A DNA stretch of 64,000 nucleotides, from sequence record DRR378314_419. The stretch is one strand, 5' to 3'. Positions 58,169 through 64,000 of this stretch are shown piece after piece. The notes beneath the pieces were generated by a model. That model was given only the letters and a program-made list of their open reading frames with translations, was not told the origin of the DNA and searched no databases. Position 1 is the stretch's first letter, and the number at the start of each line of letters is the position of its first letter. The position numbers and the translations under genes are program-made.

Positions 58169-58293
58169 GGGCCGTCTGGATTAACTCGGTTCAAGGCTCC
58201 TTATTATCCATTGACTGGTCCCGGAATTGATATGCCGAAATTTGATAAGCCGGAAATGGATGGTGTGATCGTCTTTCAAGGAACATATGTGTT

Positions 58294-58686
58294 ATGAACA
58301 GGAATATTCCCGCGCCGGGTTTTGAGAAATATCCGGCCCACGAAATCACCATCAAGCGGGAGACTAAAAAATGGCGGGTTATGGTCGCAGATCATCTGAT
58401 TGCCCGCTCAAACAACGTTGTCGCCCTGGCTGAGGGCGGTTATCCGCCAAGACTTTACTTCCCCAGATCAGACGTGAATTTCACCTATTTGAAACAAGCT
58501 GAGAGCCGGACCTATTGCCCGTTCAAGGGAGCGGCTCGATACTGGGATGTGATTATCGACGGCAGGATCATCGTGGAAGATGCGGTCTGGGCCTATGATG
58601 ATCCTTTTCGGGAATGCATCGATATCAAGACGCATCTGTGCTTTTACGGGAACAAAGACCCCCTGAAGGTTTTGGCTGGTAACTAG
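58294..58686 (+). CDS. DUF427 domain protein
   Basis: E..YPPRLYFPRSDV, TYCPFKGAARYW, AVWAYDDP. Confidence 0.92.
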   Translation: MNRNIPAPGFEKYPAHEITIKRETKKWRVMVADHLIARSNNVVALAEGGYPPRLYFPRSDVNFTYLKQAESRTYCPFKGAARYWDVIIDGRIIVEDAVWAYDDPFRECIDIKTHLCFYGNKDPLKVLAGN

Positions 58687-58709
58687 CGCCTCTGGTTCAG
58701 GGGGAGTTC

Positions 58710-59567
58710 TTATAGGCTGGTCGCAAAAGCAGCAAGTGCCTGGGTCAATTGCCCAAAATCCTTCTGAACCTGTTCAAAATTCTCTGATTTTACAAAAGTC
58801 TTCTCGTTCATATATAGATCTCGTCGGATTTCAATTTGCAGGGAGTGACGCCCGGCAGCAGGATCGCTATAGGCACGGACTAATTCAACCCCGGCGTAAG
58901 GTTCATTGACGCTAACCTGATAACCCAGCGTTTCAAAGGTTGATTTTACCAAGTGCACAAGCCGCGGATCACAGGTGCTGCCGCGCCGGTCACCCAAACA
59001 GATTTGCGGGCGTTGCACACCGGGCCCTTCTTTGGAACTTTCATTGCTCATTTCCGGCATGGAATGACAGTTGATATGTACAACCTTGCCAAACTGGGAG
59101 TGGACACTGTCTAACGTGGACTTCAGACAGTCATGATAGGGCTGCCAATATGCAGAAATTCGGTTTTTAACTTCATCAATGCTCAACTGACGATCATAAA
59201 TAGGATCGTTTTCCTGATTAACTCGCCAGATTAGGCCAATCCCGGCCGCGGCTTTTTCACTTTCACTAACCGGGCCGTCCCATAATCCTTCAATGATGCT
59301 TGTGTCAATTTCATCCAGACCGCGATTGACATCTATATAGCTGCGTGGAAATTCTGCCCCGAGCAAAAGGGCGCCATGACTGGGGGCCGCCACGTAAAGT
59401 TCATGCACATAAGTGTCTTCCGCCCGGCGCAGCACATTAAAGTCAGAAACAAAGTTGAAATTTGCCGGATAGGTCTGGCCGCTATGGGGGCTATCAAGCA
59501 CCAGAGGCGCAAGGGGGCTGCTAGGCGCCTGCATAAACAGGACGCCGGGGATGTTGATGTCTTCCAT
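58710..59567 (-). CDS. hutG: N-formylglutamate amidohydrolase family protein
   Basis: LDSPHSG, EDTYV, PRSYIDVNR, YWQPYH, NCHSMP, LGDR, NEPYAG, HSLQIEIRRDLYMNE. Confidence 0.88.
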   Translation of the reverse strand: MEDINIPGVLFMQAPSSPLAPLVLDSPHSGQTYPANFNFVSDFNVLRRAEDTYVHELYVAAPSHGALLLGAEFPRSYIDVNRGLDEIDTSIIEGLWDGPVSESEKAAAGIGLIWRVNQENDPIYDRQLSIDEVKNRISAYWQPYHDCLKSTLDSVHSQFGKVVHINCHSMPEMSNESSKEGPGVQRPQICLGDRRGSTCDPRLVHLVKSTFETLGYQVSVNEPYAGVELVRAYSDPAAGRHSLQIEIRRDLYMNEKTFVKSENFEQVQKDFGQLTQALAAFATSL

Positions 59568-59570
59568 GGT

Positions 59571-60581
59571 TTAACTTTCGTTCAAATGACAGGCGGACTG
59601 ATGCCCGGGCGCGATTTCCCGGAGCAGGGGGATCTCCTCTTTGCATTTATCCGTGGCAAAGGGGCATCGGGGATGGAAATGGCATCCCTTTGGCGGATCA
59701 AGTGGTGAGGGGATTTCCCCCTTGATAGGGGTAAAGGTTGAATGGCGGGTTTCCAGACGGGGAATTTCCCGCAGAAGCGCCTGGGTATAGGGATGATTGG
59801 GATTGGCAAACAGATCCTCTGTCTTGGCCATTTCAACAATCCGGCCCAGATACATGATCACAATCCGATCGGAGATATGTTCAACGACTCCCAAATCATG
59901 GGAAATGAATAGATATGTCAGATTAAGTTCTGATCTCAACTCAATGAAAAGGTTGAGGATTTGTGCCTGAATTGAGACATCCAAGGCGGCCACGGCTTCA
60001 TCGCAGACAATAAAGTCCGGTTGCACCGCCAAGGCTCTGGCAATGCCAATCCTTTGGCGCTGCCCGCCGGAAAACTGATGCGGATAGCGGCGTTTATAGT
60101 CAGGGTCCAGTCCGCACCGGGTCATTACCTCGGTCAGATAACCATCCAGCTCTGCTTTTTTGACCAGCTTATGATAAAGCGGGGCTTCGCCCAGAATATC
60201 TTCAACACGAAGTCGAGGGTTCAAAGAGGCAAAGGGGTCCTGAAAAATCATCTGAATTTTTAAGGCTGTCTGTCGGGCCTGTTCGCTTTTTTGATCGGCG
60301 ACATTCTCACCGCGATAGAAAATCTCCCCCTCAGTTTGCGGCAATATGCCGGCAACCATCCGCCCAAGGGTGGATTTGCCGCAACCGGATTCCCCGACCA
60401 GACTGACAACTTCCCCTTTGTGAACGGTGAAAGAAACATCATCGACGGCATGAACCACTTCCTCGCGGATATTCTGTCCCAGTTTTTGGGCAATTTTTCC
60501 AGCCATATCCAATGGTTTGACGAATTTTTTGGACAGGTTCCGAATTTCCAGAACCGGAGTATTCTGCGACTGATCAGACAT
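59571..60581 (-). CDS. Dipeptide/oligopeptide ABC ATPase (DppF/OppF)
   Basis: GESGCGKS, FSGGQRQR, CDEAVAALD, HPYT, PSPLDPPKGC.F..RC. Confidence 0.95.
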   Translation of the reverse strand: MSDQSQNTPVLEIRNLSKKFVKPLDMAGKIAQKLGQNIREEVVHAVDDVSFTVHKGEVVSLVGESGCGKSTLGRMVAGILPQTEGEIFYRGENVADQKSEQARQTALKIQMIFQDPFASLNPRLRVEDILGEAPLYHKLVKKAELDGYLTEVMTRCGLDPDYKRRYPHQFSGGQRQRIGIARALAVQPDFIVCDEAVAALDVSIQAQILNLFIELRSELNLTYLFISHDLGVVEHISDRIVIMYLGRIVEMAKTEDLFANPNHPYTQALLREIPRLETRHSTFTPIKGEIPSPLDPPKGCHFHPRCPFATDKCKEEIPLLREIAPGHQSACHLNES

Positions 60582-61560
60582 GGGATACAGCCTCCTTCAC
60601 ATGGTGGCAGCGCACCTGGCGGCCATCAGAAGTCAGGGTGATTTGCGGTTCCTGCTCGCAGACGGGATCTGCATAGGGGCATCGTTTGCGAAACGCGCAG
60701 CCACTGGGCAGATTGAGAAGAGACGGCGTCATTCCCGGGATCTGGGTCAGGGGTTGACCCCGTTTGTTGCGGCTGGGCACCGATCCGATCAACCCTTCGG
60801 TATAGGGGTGTTGGGGATTATCCAGCACCGGGTCAATATTTCCGGCCTCCACAATCTTCCCTGCATACATCACACAGATATTGTCGGCCAGACCGGCGAC
60901 CACCGTCAGGTCATGGGTAATCCAGACCAGCGACGTTCCTGTTTCCTTGCAGAGTTTCTGGGTTTCAAACAGGATCTGGGCCTGAATGGTTACATCAAGG
61001 GCGGTTGTCGGCTCATCTGCGATAATCAGGTCCGGTTTGTTCAACAGGGCAATGGCAAAGGCCACCCGTTGGCGCATCCCGCCGGAAAACTGATGCGGGT
61101 AGGAGCGCAGCCGTTCCTCGGGCGAGGGGATCCCAACCTGTCCCAGGGCATCACGGGCCCGTATCAACGCGTCCTTTTTGCTGATCTTTTCATGGGCCTG
61201 GATGGCTTCGATCATCTGGGTATCCACTCGAAGAACAGGGTTCAGGGTCATCATCGGATCCTGAAACACCATTGAAATGCGGGAGCCGCGGAGCTGACGG
61301 TATTGTTCCTCTGAATAGCGGGTGAGATCCTCTCCCTTGAACAGAACCTTTCCGCCGGTCACTTTTCCGGGTTGATCGACAAGACCGAGGATGGAAAACC
61401 CGGTTACCGACTTTCCTGAGCCTGACTCGCCCACCAAACCCATTACTTCACCGCGTCCAACGGAAAAGCTTACATCATTGACCGCATCAACCACACCGGC
61501 TTTGGTGAAAAACTGGGTGCAGAGGTTTTCGACTGTTAAAGTTGGGTGTGTCTTGGTCAT
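60574..61560 (-). CDS. Dipeptide/oligopeptide ABC ATPase (DppD/OppD)
   Basis: [41 protein letters not shown]. Confidence 0.95.
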   Translation of the reverse strand: MTKTHPTLTVENLCTQFFTKAGVVDAVNDVSFSVGRGEVMGLVGESGSGKSVTGFSILGLVDQPGKVTGGKVLFKGEDLTRYSEEQYRQLRGSRISMVFQDPMMTLNPVLRVDTQMIEAIQAHEKISKKDALIRARDALGQVGIPSPEERLRSYPHQFSGGMRQRVAFAIALLNKPDLIIADEPTTALDVTIQAQILFETQKLCKETGTSLVWITHDLTVVAGLADNICVMYAGKIVEAGNIDPVLDNPQHPYTEGLIGSVPSRNKRGQPLTQIPGMTPSLLNLPSGCAFRKRCPYADPVCEQEPQITLTSDGRQVRCHHVKEAVSHV

Positions 61561-62459
61561 TTCTGCAGCCTCGGGTTCAGAACATCACGCAGTTGGTCCC
61601 CGACAAGATTGATGCTGACGATGGTAATCAACAGGGCTATCCCCGGATAAAAACTGACCCAGTAATCACCGCTGAGCATGTAGTCAAAACCGTTCTTGAT
61701 CAGCAGGCCCAGCGATGGTTCGGTGATCGGCACACCGATCCCAAGGAATGACAAGGTCGCCTCCAACGAGATGGCATGCGCCACCTGCACCGTTCCAACG
61801 ACAATCAGCGGTGGGGTGCAGTTGGGCATCAGGTGCTTGAACACGATCCGTTTATGGTCAATTGCCAGACAGGTTGCCGCCTCGATATATTCTTTGCGGG
61901 TCTCCACCAATGCGGTGCTGCGAATGGTACGTGCGTAATAAGCCCATTGCACGGCAACCAGGGCGACAATGATCTTATCCACTCCCTGACCCATGGCAGA
62001 TACCAATATCAGGGCGATCAGGATGGCCGGAAAGCTCAGTTGCAAATCGGCGATCCGCATGATCATTGTATCCACTTTGCCGCCGAAATAAGCCGCCAAC
62101 AGGCCAAGTGCCCCACCGATGAACAGGGCAATCAGCGTGGAAAGGGCGCCAACGGCCAAACTGGTGCGCAGGCCATAAATAATTCCTGATAGTAAATCCC
62201 GGCCCTGATCATCCGTTCCCAGCAGATAGGTCATGGATCCGGTTTCTCCCGGGGCCAGGCGGCCATCCATAAAATCAATCTGCGTAAGATCATAGGGGTT
62301 TTGCGGCGTGATCCACGGGGCAAAGATGGCGGCCAGAACCAAAAGTGAAAAGACAATCAGCCCTGCGACGGCGAGTTTCTTTTCCGCAAAATCAGAGACG
62401 AACCGCCGAAACGGCGTAACTGCCTTTGGTCTGGTGAGGGTTTCAGTGGTTGAGGTCAT
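61557..62459 (-). CDS. Peptide ABC permease (DppC/OppC)
   Basis: LGTDDQGRD, EYIEAA, EATLSFLGIG, GDQLRDVLNPR. Confidence 0.95.
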   Translation of the reverse strand: MTSTTETLTRPKAVTPFRRFVSDFAEKKLAVAGLIVFSLLVLAAIFAPWITPQNPYDLTQIDFMDGRLAPGETGSMTYLLGTDDQGRDLLSGIIYGLRTSLAVGALSTLIALFIGGALGLLAAYFGGKVDTMIMRIADLQLSFPAILIALILVSAMGQGVDKIIVALVAVQWAYYARTIRSTALVETRKEYIEAATCLAIDHKRIVFKHLMPNCTPPLIVVGTVQVAHAISLEATLSFLGIGVPITEPSLGLLIKNGFDYMLSGDYWVSFYPGIALLITIVSINLVGDQLRDVLNPRLQK

Positions 62460-63436
62460 GAGTTGGACCCTCCCAGGCGGACGCGGGGGTCCAGCACAGA
62501 ATACAGTATATCAACAATGAAATTGATAAGGATAAACATGGTCACGGTGAGCAGCAGATAAGCCACCACAACCGGCCGATCCAGATGGGAAATGCTGTCG
62601 ATCAGCAGTTTACCGATCCCGGGCCAGGCAAAAACGGTTTCCGTGACAACGGCAAATGCGATCACGTTGCCAAGCTCCAGCCCGAGCACTGTAATAACCG
62701 GGATCAGAATATTTTTCAGGACATGCACGCCAATAATTCGGGCATTGGACAGGCCCTTGGCTCGCGCAAACTTGATATAATCCTGCAGCAGCACTTCCTT
62801 GGTGCCCGACCGCGCTAGCCGGATCACCAGTGACATCTTGAACAGGGCCAGGTTAAACGCAGGCAAAAACAGATGCGACAGCCCGTCCCAGGTCAGAAGA
62901 CTGATCGGAACACCTAATACGTCAACCGTATCGCCCCGGCCCGATGCCGGCAGCCAGCCCAGACTTACAGAAAACAACATGATCAGGATTAATCCCACCC
63001 AGAAGGTTGGTAAACTGAAACCAAGGATAGAGCCCGTCATAATGGTCTTGCCGATGAAGCTGTCATCTTTCAGACCGGCAATCATGCCAAGAGGAACCCC
63101 GATCAGGATCGCCAGACCCACAGCCAGAACCGCAAGCTCCAGCGTTGCCGGAAGGCGGGCGAAAATAATCTCAAGGGCAGGGACGTTATGAACAAATGAA
63201 TTTCCAAGGTCCCCTTGCAGGGCGTTGGACATGAAAGCGCCATACTGAACCCACAAGGGTTTATCTAACCCGAGGCGCTTTATGGTTGCTTCCTGTTCGG
63301 CAATATCGGCTTCGGGGTTGATCAGAATATCAACCGGGTTACCGATCGCGTAAACACCCGCAAAGACGATTATCGACATGACAAACAGCACAACGATACT
63401 CTGCGACAGGCGTCGAATGGTAAAAGCGAGCACCAA
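62456..63436 (-). CDS. Peptide ABC permease (DppB/OppB)
   Basis: LGLDKPLWVQY, GDLGNS, RLPATLEL, DYIKFARAKGL, ETVFAWPGIG, LDPRVR. Confidence 0.95.
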   Translation of the reverse strand: MVLAFTIRRLSQSIVVLFVMSIIVFAGVYAIGNPVDILINPEADIAEQEATIKRLGLDKPLWVQYGAFMSNALQGDLGNSFVHNVPALEIIFARLPATLELAVLAVGLAILIGVPLGMIAGLKDDSFIGKTIMTGSILGFSLPTFWVGLILIMLFSVSLGWLPASGRGDTVDVLGVPISLLTWDGLSHLFLPAFNLALFKMSLVIRLARSGTKEVLLQDYIKFARAKGLSNARIIGVHVLKNILIPVITVLGLELGNVIAFAVVTETVFAWPGIGKLLIDSISHLDRPVVVAYLLLTVTMFILINFIVDILYSVLDPRVRLGGSNS

Positions 63437-63452
63437 ACTCTCCTAGCTTCAG

Positions 63453-63486
63453 AAAACCGGGCCAGAGTTTCCTCTGGTCCGGTTTT
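63453..63486 (-). terminator. Intra-operon hairpin after the ABC substrate-binding gene
   Basis: AAAACCGGGCCAGAG-tttc-CTCTGGTCCGGTTTT. Confidence 0.75.
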
Positions 63487-63499
63487 TTACTCGGTTACT

Positions 63500-64000
63500 T
63501 TATTTTGCGCTATGGACACCTGTTGCCAGGGTGTACTGGTCTGCCCGCGCGGCATAGGTCAGGCCTTTACGATGAGCCCAGCTTGTTACCTCAAAATGCA
63601 GCGGCAGGATGGAATAATCTTCCATGGCAATCCGGCTGCCTTCCTGCAGGATAGCTTCCCGTTTGGCATCTTCCACAGTCTTCAGCGCCGTCAGGATTTT
63701 CTCATCCAGGGCTGGGTTGCTGTAGCGACCCCGGTTGGTTCCGCCCAGTCCGGTTTCCTTGCTGCGCGTTCCGACAAGTGCCCGAAGTGGATTGGACATT
63801 TCACCGGTACCGGCACCCCAACCCGCAAGATATATGGAAAATTCATACTTATTACGGGTTTTGAAGAAAACGCTCTTAGTCATTGCATTAACGGATGTTT
63901 TTACGCCAATTCGCGTGAACATCTGGGCAATGACCTGCGCGACCTTTGCATCATTGATGTAGCGATCGTTCGGTGTGCCAAGAACCAGCTCGAACCCATC
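63500..64000 (-). CDS. C-terminal part of a family-5 (DppA-like) ABC substrate-binding protein, truncated by the window edge
   Basis: The frame is open to the window end: DGFELVLGTPNDRYIND..AQ..FTRIGV, NRGRYSNP.LD, ILPLHFE. Confidence 0.92.
   Translation of the reverse strand, partial: DGFELVLGTPNDRYINDAKVAQVIAQMFTRIGVKTSVNAMTKSVFFKTRNKYEFSIYLAGWGAGTGEMSNPLRALVGTRSKETGLGGTNRGRYSNPALDEKILTALKTVEDAKREAILQEGSRIAMEDYSILPLHFEVTSWAHRKGLTYAARADQYTLATGVHSAK

Noticed and set aside
1-64000. CRISPR arrays, tRNA/rRNA genes, IS elements, prophage or defence genes
   Set aside because: I found no regularly spaced direct repeats, cloverleaf or rRNA signatures, or transposase, integrase or phage motifs by eye. 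Nearly all of the sequence is explained by recognisable CDSs. A small RNA could still have been missed without a covariance-model search.

Overview
A gene-dense chromosomal window from an alphaproteobacterium. The lineage is inferred from gene content (TRAP transporters, a CtrA box, split mnmD/mnmC, ydbH-ynbE-ydbL) and looks marine, Rhodospirillales/Sneathiellales-like. I recognised no rRNA, tRNA, CRISPR array, transposase, integrase or phage gene. In order, the window holds: a partial CARDB protein; a YfdX-like protein; a Fur-box-preceded TonB receptor / YddA-type ABC / signal-less ChaN module; a DUF2946 (CruR/CutF-like, CxxC + RGPP) upstream ORF whose 3' end pairs with the RBS region of a second TonB receptor, followed by a PepSY-TM gene; two TRAP systems around a GAF protein, an amidohydrolase and a TetR; a 586-aa orphan; two PAS kinases and an MCP; mscS-zntB; an encapsulin-type ferritin with no shell gene or targeting peptide; a Sel1 lipoprotein; mnmD/mnmC; a MarR-flavin monooxygenase-DUF2783-hppD aromatic locus; a three-gene lipid operon; a GDPD; a CoA transferase; a 5-oxoprolinase with a pyroglutamate-type TRAP system; ydbH-ynbE-ydbL; and a Dpp-type ABC operon ending in an N-formylglutamate amidohydrolase. 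The best candidate for an undescribed system is the minus-strand operon at about 40.9-44.6 kb. It encodes a fatty-acid desaturase, a cNMP-domain/CPBP intramembrane-protease fusion with altered key residues in both domains, and a fusion of a eukaryote-like choline/ethanolamine phosphotransferase with an HxGH cytidylyltransferase, which would put two Kennedy-pathway steps in one polypeptide. All assignments come from reading motifs by eye; no database search or folding program was run.
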